Shown here one piece after another: positions 9,112 to 18,955 of a DNA stretch of 64,000 bases (positions are counted from its first letter, which is position 1; each line of letters starts with the position of its first letter). Under the pieces are notes generated by a model. The model did not search any database, was not told the DNA's origin, and saw nothing but the letters and a program-made list of their open reading frames with translations. Source of the DNA: Flammeovirgaceae bacterium UBA6059 (GTDB lineage Bacteria; Bacteroidota; Bacteroidia; Cytophagales; Cyclobacteriaceae). A program made the position numbers and the translations under genes. The stretch covers positions 240,510 to 304,509 of the forward strand of contig DIYH01000028.1 in NCBI GenBank assembly GCA_002435755.1, in the 5' to 3' direction.

Positions 9112-10168
9112 ATGATGGCTGCTTCTTCTTGAAAAAGACCCTTCTTACCCAGCGTGGTAAAAACAACGCACCCAGGATCAAGTAAGGATAATAAGACATC
9201 AACCGCCATAGGATATTGGTAATGAATGTGTAATCTCCTAAAAACTGGTTGAAGAACTGGATGAAAAAAAATTCTGCGGTACCACTACTGCCAGGAGTTG
9301 GAGATATGAGCATAACAATCCACATGACCACTTGTCGAGAAAAGATCAGCAGGTGATTCTGAAAGCTCAATTCTGTGAACGACGTGATCAAACTATTGAG
9401 CATGATATAGCGTGCGCACCATATAAAGATGGTAGCACCAATGATCTTACCCCAGTAGCTCGTTGCTTTGCCTTTGAGTTGGGCAGACGCCAGGATCATT
9501 TCATCACCCTGTATATTAGCATCGTGCCGCCACCTTCTCAGCCATTTGATTGTAGTGATCTTCAGTAAGATCCACTTAAAAGCCCTGGGGCGAAACAATA
9601 GTGCAAAGGCCATCACTGATGTATATACAACGATCAATGTATAGCTCACCCAAAACAAAAGCTTCAGGCTTCCGCCTATCTGTAACTCAAAAGCCTGCGT
9701 CTCCGGGAAGATCGTACCTTGCGAGAAGAACATGACGATGGGTGCACCGATTACAAAAAACATGTTGTCCAGCACAGCAGTCAACATGACGTATGCGAGG
9801 GATCTTCCAAATTTGATTCCCTCTTTGAGTAGTATAAACACTGCCACCGCTGTACCTCCAACAACCGAAGGCGTAACAGCAGATGCAAACTCCCAGAGAA
9901 TGATAACATAAATGCTACTGGTCCAGTCAAGGTCCTTGTTGGTCAGTGTCCTGATCCTGTAGATATAGCCTAAGTCTCGTGCCAAAAGCACCGCCACAGC
10001 GACTAAGATCGATCCTATTTTGGCATCAATGATTAGTGCCAGCGTGTCTCTGTTGACGTCCGGATCACTATAAAAGAGATAGAATACGATGCTCAAGCCT
10101 ATTAGGATAGGTATCCAGACTTTGTTAGGGTTGAGCGTTTTGAAGATCTTCTTGGAATTGATATCCAT
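9110..10168 (-). CDS. flippase-like (UPF0104 / lysyl-PG synthase TM-region family) integral membrane protein
   Basis: Polytopic membrane ORF with family-like composition. The ORF track starts at 10204, but the ATG at 10166-10168 overlaps the scpA TAA by one nt (TAATG), so I prefer it. Confidence 0.65.
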   Translation of the reverse strand: MDINSKKIFKTLNPNKVWIPILIGLSIVFYLFYSDPDVNRDTLALIIDAKIGSILVAVAVLLARDLGYIYRIRTLTNKDLDWTSSIYVIILWEFASAVTPSVVGGTAVAVFILLKEGIKFGRSLAYVMLTAVLDNMFFVIGAPIVMFFSQGTIFPETQAFELQIGGSLKLLFWVSYTLIVVYTSVMAFALLFRPRAFKWILLKITTIKWLRRWRHDANIQGDEMILASAQLKGKATSYWGKIIGATIFIWCARYIMLNSLITSFTELSFQNHLLIFSRQVVMWIVMLISPTPGSSGTAEFFFIQFFNQFLGDYTFITNILWRLMSYYPYLILGALFLPRWVRRVFFKKKQPS

Positions 10169-10935
10169 TAGCCAGCCAATTCTTCTTCCCTCTTTTCGAT
10201 CCAAAAATTATTGAAGCCTTCTCCAAGGTGTAGCACGATCATCTGCATTTGCAGCAATTCCAGAATGGCTAAAAAGTTGTAAATCACTGCAATGCGATCT
10301 GGTTTTTTGGAGATAATGTCATCGAATGACAATCGATCCGAATCTATCAAAGCAGTCATAATGAATTCACGCTGACCAGAGATTGTATAAGGGTATTGGA
10401 CTACCTGATGCGTAGGCCTGTTCTTCTCATACTCATAGCGTTGGAGCACCTTTTGGTAGACCTTTAGAAGTTTGTACAGGTCTATATTTTGAAGTTCAGC
10501 TTCGACATTGTTTAGCTCTGCCAGTTTTCTTATCTCCTTGTTCAGGTTGCCACGTCGCTCCCTATCCATCCGATCAGTTTCCAGATCAGCCAAATCTGAA
10601 ACAACCGATTTATATTTTTTGTATTCGAGCAGGTGCCGTACCAGTTCTTCTCTTGGATCAATTTCATTCCCCTCTTCATCCATTACAGGTCTTGGGAGCA
10701 ACATCTTGGCTTTTATTCTCATGAGGGTAGCTGCAATGAGAATAAACTCGGAAGCTACTTCCATATTAAGTCGTTCGAGGTGATGCAGATATTCTAAAAA
10801 GTCATTGGTAATAGTCGCTATCGGAATATCATGAATATCCAGTTCGTCCCGTTCAATGAAGAAAAGGAGTAGGTCAAATGGACCCTCAAATAGCGGAAGC
10901 TTTATCTCGAATTTGGATTGATCTTGCAAGGGCAA
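10168..10935 (-). CDS. scpA: segregation and condensation protein A
   Basis: FEGPFDLLLFFIERDELDIHDIPIATIT N-terminus typical of ScpA. 255 aa. Confidence 0.85.
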   Translation of the reverse strand: MPLQDQSKFEIKLPLFEGPFDLLLFFIERDELDIHDIPIATITNDFLEYLHHLERLNMEVASEFILIAATLMRIKAKMLLPRPVMDEEGNEIDPREELVRHLLEYKKYKSVVSDLADLETDRMDRERRGNLNKEIRKLAELNNVEAELQNIDLYKLLKVYQKVLQRYEYEKNRPTHQVVQYPYTISGQREFIMTALIDSDRLSFDDIISKKPDRIAVIYNFLAILELLQMQMIVLHLGEGFNNFWIEKREEELAG

Positions 10936-11006
10936 TTCGCAGGTAACCAGAGGCCTTAAAGATATTGGTATTGTGTTAATTGCTGCTGACGAGTATTAAA
11001 AATTTA

Positions 11007-11014
11007 TACTTTTG
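11007..11014 (+). promoter_or_regulatory. candidate -7 promoter box (TACTTTTG) for dxs
   Basis: Exact TAnnTTTG match about 95 nt upstream of the dxs ATG, in the divergent scpA/dxs spacer. Confidence 0.35.
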
Positions 11015-11108
11015 CAATCTATTTTTCGAAGATCAGAGACGGATAAGGGTAGGCAAACATTTTATTGAAAGACTTGTTAACTGATCTGTACTTTTTATAA
11101 TACCCAAC

Positions 11109-13028
11109 ATGCTGATACAACCCGGAGAACTGCTTGGCAAAATTAATTCACCCAAGGACCTAAAGAGTCTCGATCAATCACAGCTTGTACAGCTCACCCA
11201 AGAACTGCGAGATTACATCATAGATACTGTATCTGTATATGGGGGGCATTTTGGTGCTAGCCTTGGAGTTGTAGAGATGACAGTGGCACTGCACTATGTC
11301 TTCAATACACCAGAAGATCAGCTGGTTTGGGACGTGGGGCACCAGGCATATGGGCATAAAATACTTACAGGCCGTAGAGATAATTTCCATACTAACAGGG
11401 TCTATAAAGGTTTATCCGGCTTCCCAAAGCGCAAAGAAAGTGAGTATGACACTTTTGGGGTCGGCCACTCCTCCACGTCTATTTCTGCGGCTTTAGGGAT
11501 GGCCATGGCCTCCCAATACAATGATGACAAAGAAAAACAGCATATAGCAGTCATTGGGGATGGCGCAATGACAGGTGGACTCGCTTTTGAAGCAATGAAC
11601 CATGCAGGAGTGTCTAACAGCAACCTGCTGATCATCCTCAATGATAACTGCATGTCAATAGACCCGAATGTAGGAGCATTGAAGGACTATCTTACGGACA
11701 TTACTACTTCGCATACCTACAACAAAGTCAGGGATGAAGTCTGGAACGTTCTGGGTAAGATCAGCAAGTTCGGACCCAATGCCCAGGAGATTGCTGCCAA
11801 GGTGGAGACCAGCATCAAGTCTTTTTTATTAAAGCAATCTAATCTCTTCGAATCACTCAACTTACGCTACTTTGGTCCCATCGACGGTCACGATGTAGAT
11901 CATATGGTCCACGTCTTGAAAGACCTGAAAGACATTCCTGGTCCCAAAATATTACACTGTGTCACAGTCAAAGGAAAAGGCTATGAGCTGGCAGAAAAGG
12001 ATCAAACTAAGTGGCATGCTCCGGGCAAGTTTGACAAGGTCACTGGTGTGATCAGAAAGAAAATCCCTGAGAAACCAGAAGCACCAAAATATCAGGAGGT
12101 TTTTGGGCATACAATGGTTGAGTTGGCAGAGCAGAATGAAAAGATCATGGGTATCACTCCGGCCATGCCGTCAGGCTCATCGATGAACATCATGATGAAG
12201 GCCATGCCAGAGCGCGCTTTCGATGTAGGTATCGCCGAGCAACACGCTGTTACCTTCTCTGCGGGACTGGCCACACAGGGTTTGGTACCTTTCTGCAACA
12301 TCTACAGCACATTTATGCAGCGTGCCTATGATCAGGTCATCCATGATGTCTGTATCCAGAACCTCCATGTAGTGTTCTGTCTGGATCGAGCAGGTTTTGC
12401 AGGGGCGGATGGACCTACGCACCATGGTGCTTACGACTTGGCTTACATGCGTTGCATTCCCAACATGGTGGTCGCTGCTCCTATGAACGAATCAGAATTG
12501 CGCAATATGATGTACACAGCGCAGCTTCCCAGGGAGGGCGCCTTTACAATTCGATACCCGAGAGGCAAGGGTGTGATGCCAGAGTGGCGAACACCTCTGG
12601 AAGAAATAGAACTGGGTAAAGGTCGAAAGCTGCGTGATGGAGCTGATATGGCGATTCTTACCATTGGTCATATTGGTAACTACGCTGTAGAGGCTTGTGA
12701 AATACTTGCTGAAGAGGGTATGGATGTTGCTCACTATGATATGCGCTTTGTCAAGCCACTGGATGAAGAAATGCTTCACGAGATATTTGAGCAACATCGC
12801 CATGTGGTCACTGTGGAAGATGGCTGTTTGATGGGCGGATTTGGTAGTGCTGTAGTAGAGTTCATGGGTGACCATGGATACGCAGCTAGAGTTAAGCGAC
12901 TCGGTATACCCGACGACATTATCGAACATGGAGAACAGGCGGAGTTACATAAGGAGTGTGGCTTTGATACTCAGGGTATCGTTCAGGCTAGCAGGGCGAT
13001 GCTCGTATCAATGCCTAAGGTATTTTGA
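11109..13028 (+). CDS. dxs: 1-deoxy-D-xylulose-5-phosphate synthase
   Basis: 639 aa with GGHFGASLGVVE, DVGHQAYGHK, GDGAMTGG and IAEQHAVTF motifs. Transketolase-like architecture. Confidence 0.95.
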   Translation: MLIQPGELLGKINSPKDLKSLDQSQLVQLTQELRDYIIDTVSVYGGHFGASLGVVEMTVALHYVFNTPEDQLVWDVGHQAYGHKILTGRRDNFHTNRVYKGLSGFPKRKESEYDTFGVGHSSTSISAALGMAMASQYNDDKEKQHIAVIGDGAMTGGLAFEAMNHAGVSNSNLLIILNDNCMSIDPNVGALKDYLTDITTSHTYNKVRDEVWNVLGKISKFGPNAQEIAAKVETSIKSFLLKQSNLFESLNLRYFGPIDGHDVDHMVHVLKDLKDIPGPKILHCVTVKGKGYELAEKDQTKWHAPGKFDKVTGVIRKKIPEKPEAPKYQEVFGHTMVELAEQNEKIMGITPAMPSGSSMNIMMKAMPERAFDVGIAEQHAVTFSAGLATQGLVPFCNIYSTFMQRAYDQVIHDVCIQNLHVVFCLDRAGFAGADGPTHHGAYDLAYMRCIPNMVVAAPMNESELRNMMYTAQLPREGAFTIRYPRGKGVMPEWRTPLEEIELGKGRKLRDGADMAILTIGHIGNYAVEACEILAEEGMDVAHYDMRFVKPLDEEMLHEIFEQHRHVVTVEDGCLMGGFGSAVVEFMGDHGYAARVKRLGIPDDIIEHGEQAELHKECGFDTQGIVQASRAMLVSMPKVF

Positions 13029-13801
13029 TCTACTCGACCACTACTGGTCACGGTACCCCACTAGTTTTACTTCACGGATTCTGCGAGACCCATCACATAT
13101 GGGATAATCTCGGTTCGTCGATATCATCGTTCTATCGAGTCATTACCCTGGACCTTCCAGGTTTTGGAGATAGTGACCCCCTACCGGAAAATGTAAAGTC
13201 AATCCAGCAAGTTGCTGATATTGTAGTCGAAGAGCTGGAAAGGCTTGGTGTCAAGCACGCTCTCTTTGTTGGCCACTCTCTGGGTGGATATGTAGCAATT
13301 GACATAGCATCAAGGAATCAATCAATGGTCAAAGGTTTGGTGCTCATCAACTCTAACATATTTGCTGATAGCCCTGAGAAAAAGCTGACTAGAGACAAGA
13401 TCATCAGATTCATCAAAAAACACTCTGCTCAGAGGTTCATTATCCAGTTCATTGAGGACCTCTTCTATGATAAGAAAGCAAGCTTAGCAACATACAATAA
13501 TGTCAAGCAGATGGCCATGGCCTGTACTGAAGCCAGCTTGGTCCACTACACTCAGATTATGCGAGACCGACCTGACAACTCCGAATGGATAACACAAGGC
13601 CGATTACCTACTTTGGTCATTGCCGGTAGGCATGATACAATAGTGCCATTGACCGTATCACAAGAGATGATAGGGATGATTCCGATAGGGTATGGAAAAG
13701 TGCTAGATAACTGCGGACATATGGCGATGTGCGAAAAGCCAAATGAATGTCATAACAGCATCGTAAAGTTTGTTTCTGAATACCTTGAGGTGAACATATA
13801 G
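13025..13801 (+). CDS. alpha/beta-fold hydrolase
   Basis: LLHGF oxyanion block and GHSLGG nucleophile elbow, with a late His (CGHM). The TTG start overlaps the dxs TGA stop. Confidence 0.8.
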   Translation: MIYSTTTGHGTPLVLLHGFCETHHIWDNLGSSISSFYRVITLDLPGFGDSDPLPENVKSIQQVADIVVEELERLGVKHALFVGHSLGGYVAIDIASRNQSMVKGLVLINSNIFADSPEKKLTRDKIIRFIKKHSAQRFIIQFIEDLFYDKKASLATYNNVKQMAMACTEASLVHYTQIMRDRPDNSEWITQGRLPTLVIAGRHDTIVPLTVSQEMIGMIPIGYGKVLDNCGHMAMCEKPNECHNSIVKFVSEYLEVNI

Positions 13802-13823
13802 CAATGTTTGAAGTTGATAACTA

Positions 13824-14606
13824 ATGATTTACCATAAGACATACGAGCACAGCCCAGAAGCAGATTGGGTCGTTTTTATCCATGGTGCAGGTGGTAGTTC
13901 GTCGATTTGGTACCGACAGATCAGAACTTTTCAAAAAGACTTTAACCTCCTGTTCGTCGACTTGAGGGGTCATGGCAAGAGTGCCCAGATCATTCACGAT
14001 TACATCTACAAGAGGTACACCTTTCAAGACATTAGCGAAGACGTTATTGAAGTGATGGATCACCTCGAGATCCCAAAAGCTCACTTCGTGGGTATTTCCC
14101 TCGGGACTATCCTGATCAGGACCTTAGCAGAAAAGCATCCTGATCGCGTACACTCTATGGTCTTAGGTGGCGCCATCACCAGGCTCAACCTGCGTTCGCA
14201 AGTACTGATCGGGTTAGGCAATGCGACTAAGAAACTCGTCCCCTTCATGTGGCTTTACAAGCTGCTTGCCTTTATTGTGATGCCTAAGAAACGTCATCGC
14301 AAGTCCCGACTCTTATTCATTAAGGATGCACGAGTTATTTACAAAAAGGAGATCCAGCGATGGTATAATCTGCTCAATGACTTGAACCCTCTCTTGCGCT
14401 ATTTCGACGAAAAGAAGCTCCCAATACCGACGCTTTATCTCATGGGGGATGAAGATTACATGTTTCTGGGCCCTGTGCAGAAAATAGTAAGAGAACATAA
14501 AGCCGCAATCTTATCAGTGATCGAAAATTCCGGACATGTATGCAATGTTGATCAACCAGAAATATTCAATCGACTCAGCATCAGATTCATCCAAAATCAA
14601 CGCTAG
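13824..14606 (+). CDS. alpha/beta-fold hydrolase (second, paralogous)
   Basis: FIHGAGGSS and GISLGT nucleophile elbow, with SGHV near the C-terminus. 260 aa. Confidence 0.8.
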   Translation: MIYHKTYEHSPEADWVVFIHGAGGSSSIWYRQIRTFQKDFNLLFVDLRGHGKSAQIIHDYIYKRYTFQDISEDVIEVMDHLEIPKAHFVGISLGTILIRTLAEKHPDRVHSMVLGGAITRLNLRSQVLIGLGNATKKLVPFMWLYKLLAFIVMPKKRHRKSRLLFIKDARVIYKKEIQRWYNLLNDLNPLLRYFDEKKLPIPTLYLMGDEDYMFLGPVQKIVREHKAAILSVIENSGHVCNVDQPEIFNRLSIRFIQNQR

Positions 14607-14801
14607 TATTACTTGATCGGCACTATTGGCGCGTGTCTGGATAAAGCCGCTTGTGAATGGCGAAAAACTTCATTTTTGGCAGTTGAATGCTGTTTTCCAC
14701 TCAAACAAAAGCTGTTTTGGTCACGTTCTGATCTTCAGATATTGCAACACATTCATTCGAGATAATCATTTTTTATAGGTAGCCAGTCTACCAAAGCAAT
14801 C

Positions 14802-15872
14802 ATGGGAACACAACGCATCATTCTGATCATTGTAGTGATCATTTCCGCCGTGATATTCGCGGCTTACAAAATGGGCGCATTTAAGGGAGAAGAAACATCA
14901 GGAGCACCATCCAGATCGTTAAGAGGTAGCCGCATCACACCTGTGAGCGGGCTCATTGCAAAACCCCAGACGCTTGAGAGTAAGATCACCATTACAGGAT
15001 CTGTGATAGCCAATGAGTCAGTAGAGATCACATCTGAAATCTCTGGTATGATCGAAAAAATCTACTTCGGGGAAGGCACCTCTGTCAAAAAAGGAGACTT
15101 GCTGCTCAAACTCAACAGTGATGAACTAGAAGCACAATTCGAAAAGCTTAAATACAGCAAGAAACTCCGAGAAGATAGTGAATACCGTCAGCGCAAGCTC
15201 CTTGAAAAAGAAGCCATAAGCCAGGAAGAATATGATATCGCACTTACTGAACTAAATACTTCGATTGCTGACATCAAACTGGTAGAGGCTCAACTAGCTA
15301 AGACTCAGATTCGTGCCCCCTTCGATGGTGTAATAGGTCTTCGATATGTCAGTGAGGGTAGCTTTATCAACAACAATACCCGTATTGCCTTTTTGGCTAA
15401 CATCAACCCTGTAAAGCTCGAGTTTTCTGTTCCTGGTAAGTATAGCAACAAGATCAAAAATGGAGACAAGATCTTGTTCAATACAGACGCTACCAAGATG
15501 GATTATGAAGGAGAAGTCTATGCTATAGACCCTCAAATCGATCAAAACACGAGAACACTGAAAATTCGGGCTATAAGTCAAAACACGGATGGTTCATTGA
15601 TACCAGGTCAATTCGCCAAAATAGAATTGATACTCCAGGAAGCGGATGATGCTATTATGCTACCTACAGAGTCTGTCATCCCTCAACTTTCTGGCCATAA
15701 GATCTACACCTACAACAGCGGCAAAGCAAAGGAGCTCAATGTTGAAATCGGTATTCGAACTGCTACTGAAGTAGAAATCGTCAGTGGGTTGAACATTCAG
15801 GATACTGTACTGGTATCGGGTCTACTTCAGATCAAAGATGGCTCTGGAGTAGAAATCACCACACTCAACTAA
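14802..15872 (+). CDS. RND efflux periplasmic adaptor (membrane fusion protein)
   Basis: N-terminal TM helix, lipoyl-like and coiled-coil segments, the IRAPFDGVIG motif, and position directly upstream of the RND pump. Confidence 0.9.
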   Translation: MGTQRIILIIVVIISAVIFAAYKMGAFKGEETSGAPSRSLRGSRITPVSGLIAKPQTLESKITITGSVIANESVEITSEISGMIEKIYFGEGTSVKKGDLLLKLNSDELEAQFEKLKYSKKLREDSEYRQRKLLEKEAISQEEYDIALTELNTSIADIKLVEAQLAKTQIRAPFDGVIGLRYVSEGSFINNNTRIAFLANINPVKLEFSVPGKYSNKIKNGDKILFNTDATKMDYEGEVYAIDPQIDQNTRTLKIRAISQNTDGSLIPGQFAKIELILQEADDAIMLPTESVIPQLSGHKIYTYNSGKAKELNVEIGIRTATEVEIVSGLNIQDTVLVSGLLQIKDGSGVEITTLN

Positions 15873-15878
15873 AACGAC

Positions 15879-18800
15879 ATGGCCGGAATATCTTCACTTA
15901 GTATTAACCGTCCGGTACTGGCAATAGTAATGTCTATCATCATTCTATTGTTTGGCTTCATCGGATTCAACTACCTGGGCGTCAGAGAGTATCCCAGTGT
16001 CGATCCACCGATCATTTCCGTGAGCACCTCTTATGTCGGGGCTAATGCAGATATTATCGAATCACAGATCACCGAGCCGCTGGAAGAATCTATCAATGGT
16101 ATTGCGGGGATCAAAAGTCTTACCTCCACGAGTAGGGACGGGAGAAGTAGTATTACGGTAGAGTTTGACCTTAGTGTGGACCTGGAAGTCGCTGCTAATG
16201 ACGTGCGAGACAAGGTCTCCGCAGCACAACGCAACCTGCCACCTGATGCTGATCCCCCAACCGTACGAAAAGCCGATGCTGACTCATCACCACTGGTCTT
16301 CCTCAATGTACAAAGTGATCAGAGATCGTTGCTCGATTTGTCATCTTTTGCAGAGAATCTCTTCAAAGAACGGCTGCAAACGATCAATGGCGTTAGTTCA
16401 GTCCAAATATGGGGTGAGCGGAGATATTCGATGCGGTTGTGGATGGATCCTGCAAAACTTGCCGCCTACGAGCTCACGCCTCTAGATGTACTCAATGCTG
16501 TGGGGAGAGACAATGTAGAGTTGCCTTCCGGGTCTGTAGAGGGTGACAATACCGAGTTGACGGTTAGAACTCTAGGCAGGCTCAACACACCTGAAGACTT
16601 CAATGCGCTCATTGTAAAGGAAGACCTGAGCGGAGTGGTACGGTTTGAAGATATTGGCAGGGCAGAATATGGAGCTGAAAACGAGCGCACCATTCTTAAA
16701 CGAGATGGTATCCCAATGGTGGGTGTTGCACTCATTCCACAACCTGGTGCTAACTACATCAACATTGTTGATGAGTTCTACAGAAGACTTGAATCTATCG
16801 AGAAAGACCTCCCTGCTGATGTGGAGCTCGGTATTGGCTTTGATATCACCAAATACATCCGTAGCTCTATTGATGAGGTCAATCAGACATTGATGATCGC
16901 TTTTGGTCTTGTGGTACTGATCATATTCGCCTTTCTTCGCGACTGGCGAACCACGCTCATCCCTATAGCAACAATCCCAATTGCCTTGATAGGCACATTT
17001 TTCATTATGTACATATCAGGGTTCTCTATCAATATTCTCACCCTGCTTGGAATCATTCTAGCCATTGGTCTGGTGGTCGATGATACCATTGTGGTTCTGG
17101 AGAACATTTATACCAAAATAGAGGAGGGCATGACACCTATTCAGGCAGGGATAAAAGGGGCACAGGAGATATTCTTCGCTGTGATCTCTACAACAGTAGC
17201 GCTTGCAGCGGTGTTCCTACCGGTAATATTCCTTGAGGGCTTAACTGGACGATTGTTCAGGGAGTTTGGAATTGTAGTGGCCGGAGCAGTGATCATATCT
17301 TCATTTGTAGCCCTCTCTCTTACACCGATGCTTTGTACTAAGATACTCAAGCGTCGGGAAAGACATAACTGGCTACACCGCAATACAGAACCTTTCTTTA
17401 TCAAGCTGAATCAGGTGTACAACCGATCTCTTGAAGCTTTCATGACCCAGCGTTGGATGGCCTTTGTCATTTTGATTGCATCCGGGCTCATGATCTGGGA
17501 GTTTGCGAATATGCTGAAATCAGAGTTAGCTCCTTTAGAAGATAGAGGCCAATTCCGCATATTCTCTACAGCGCCAGAGGGTGCCACTTTTGACTATATG
17601 GATCGATATGTAGACAAATTGATTGCACTTATCAAAGAGGAAGTTCCGGAATCCCAAGGCATCATATCTGTGACGAGTCCAGGATTTGGTGGCAGTAGCT
17701 CTACCAATTCTGCCTTTGTGAGGTCGATACTAGTGGATGCCGAAGATCGGGAGAGGAGCCAGAGCGAGATTGTAGATCATGTCTCACCTTTGGTAATGCG
17801 CGAAACGGAAGCACGATCATTTGTCACCGTTCAGCAATCAATCGGCCGTCGACGAGGCGGGGGAGGCGGTCTTCCAGTTCAGTTCGTGATCCAGTCGCAG
17901 AGTATCGAAAATTTAAAAGAAATACTGCCAGACTTCATGTATGAAGCAGGTAATGATCCGGCATTCAGCTATGTAGACCTCAATCTCAAGTTTAGTAAGC
18001 CTGAAATACGTATTGAAATTGATCGTGAAAAAGCAAAGCGTTTGCAGGTCTCTATCCGTGATATTGCTCAAACACTTCAACTCGGCTTAAGTGGCTCTCG
18101 ATTTGGTTACTATATCATGGGTGGCAAGCAATATCAAATCATCGGACAAGTCGAAAAAGAAGATCGTAACGATCCACTAGATCTAACAGCCCTGTATGTC
18201 AAGAATTCAGCTAACGAACTGATTCAACTTGACAACCTGGTGCAAATCTCTGAGACCAGCACTCCTCCTCAGCTTTATAGATATAACCGATTTGTTTCGG
18301 CTACAGTATCAGCAAGTCTGAGTCCAGGCTATGCACTTGGTGATGGTATCGCAGCGATGGAGCGTGTCGCAGATGAGGTGCTGGACGAATCGTTCCAAAC
18401 AGCTCTTACCGGAACCTCTGCAGAATTTCAGGAAAGCGCCAACTCTCTTTATTTCGCTTTTGTGTTTGCGCTGATACTCATCTATCTGGTCTTGTCAGCC
18501 CAGTTTGAAAGTTTCAGAGATCCATTGATCATCATGTTTACTGTACCGATGGCTGTCGCAGGTGCGTTTCTTTCGCTCTATATGTTTGACCAGACGCTAA
18601 ATATTTTTAGTCAAATTGGGATCATCATGTTGATCGGTCTGGTCACCAAAAATGGTATCCTCATTGTGGAGTTTGCTAATCAGAAAAAGGCCCAGGGACT
18701 TGGTGTAGCAGAAGCCATTGTAGCTGCAGCAGAGCAACGTTTTCGTCCGATTCTTATGACGAGCTTATCTACTATACTGGGAATCCTGCCTATTGCGCTA

Positions 18801-18947
18801 GCACTAGGTGCCGGATCTGAGAGTAGAGTATCTATGGGTATCGGCGTAATAGGTGGATTGATATTCTCCACTGTCCTCACGCTATATGTGATACCAGCGA
18901 TGTACACCTACGTGACAAGCAGCAAAAAACGAATGGCACGGTTCTAA
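15879..18947 (+). CDS. RND efflux transporter permease (AcrB/HAE1-like)
   Basis: 1022 aa with 12-TM/two-large-loop architecture. N-terminus SINRPVLAIVMS, plus GLVVDDTIVVLENI and GLVTKNGILIVEFAN. Confidence 0.95.
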   Translation: MAGISSLSINRPVLAIVMSIIILLFGFIGFNYLGVREYPSVDPPIISVSTSYVGANADIIESQITEPLEESINGIAGIKSLTSTSRDGRSSITVEFDLSVDLEVAANDVRDKVSAAQRNLPPDADPPTVRKADADSSPLVFLNVQSDQRSLLDLSSFAENLFKERLQTINGVSSVQIWGERRYSMRLWMDPAKLAAYELTPLDVLNAVGRDNVELPSGSVEGDNTELTVRTLGRLNTPEDFNALIVKEDLSGVVRFEDIGRAEYGAENERTILKRDGIPMVGVALIPQPGANYINIVDEFYRRLESIEKDLPADVELGIGFDITKYIRSSIDEVNQTLMIAFGLVVLIIFAFLRDWRTTLIPIATIPIALIGTFFIMYISGFSINILTLLGIILAIGLVVDDTIVVLENIYTKIEEGMTPIQAGIKGAQEIFFAVISTTVALAAVFLPVIFLEGLTGRLFREFGIVVAGAVIISSFVALSLTPMLCTKILKRRERHNWLHRNTEPFFIKLNQVYNRSLEAFMTQRWMAFVILIASGLMIWEFANMLKSELAPLEDRGQFRIFSTAPEGATFDYMDRYVDKLIALIKEEVPESQGIISVTSPGFGGSSSTNSAFVRSILVDAEDRERSQSEIVDHVSPLVMRETEARSFVTVQQSIGRRRGGGGGLPVQFVIQSQSIENLKEILPDFMYEAGNDPAFSYVDLNLKFSKPEIRIEIDREKAKRLQVSIRDIAQTLQLGLSGSRFGYYIMGGKQYQIIGQVEKEDRNDPLDLTALYVKNSANELIQLDNLVQISETSTPPQLYRYNRFVSATVSASLSPGYALGDGIAAMERVADEVLDESFQTALTGTSAEFQESANSLYFAFVFALILIYLVLSAQFESFRDPLIIMFTVPMAVAGAFLSLYMFDQTLNIFSQIGIIMLIGLVTKNGILIVEFANQKKAQGLGVAEAIVAAAEQRFRPILMTSLSTILGILPIALALGAGSESRVSMGIGVIGGLIFSTVLTLYVIPAMYTYVTSSKKRMARF

Positions 18948-18955
18948 TCAGTCGT

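Noticed and set aside
14607-14801. Possible small RNA or regulator-binding region upstream of the RND efflux operon (GCTGTTTT direct repeat, weak A5/T5 hairpin).
   Set aside because: The structures are short and imperfect, I recognise no Rfam-like motif, and no TetR/MarR gene is adjacent. The evidence is insufficient to call a feature.
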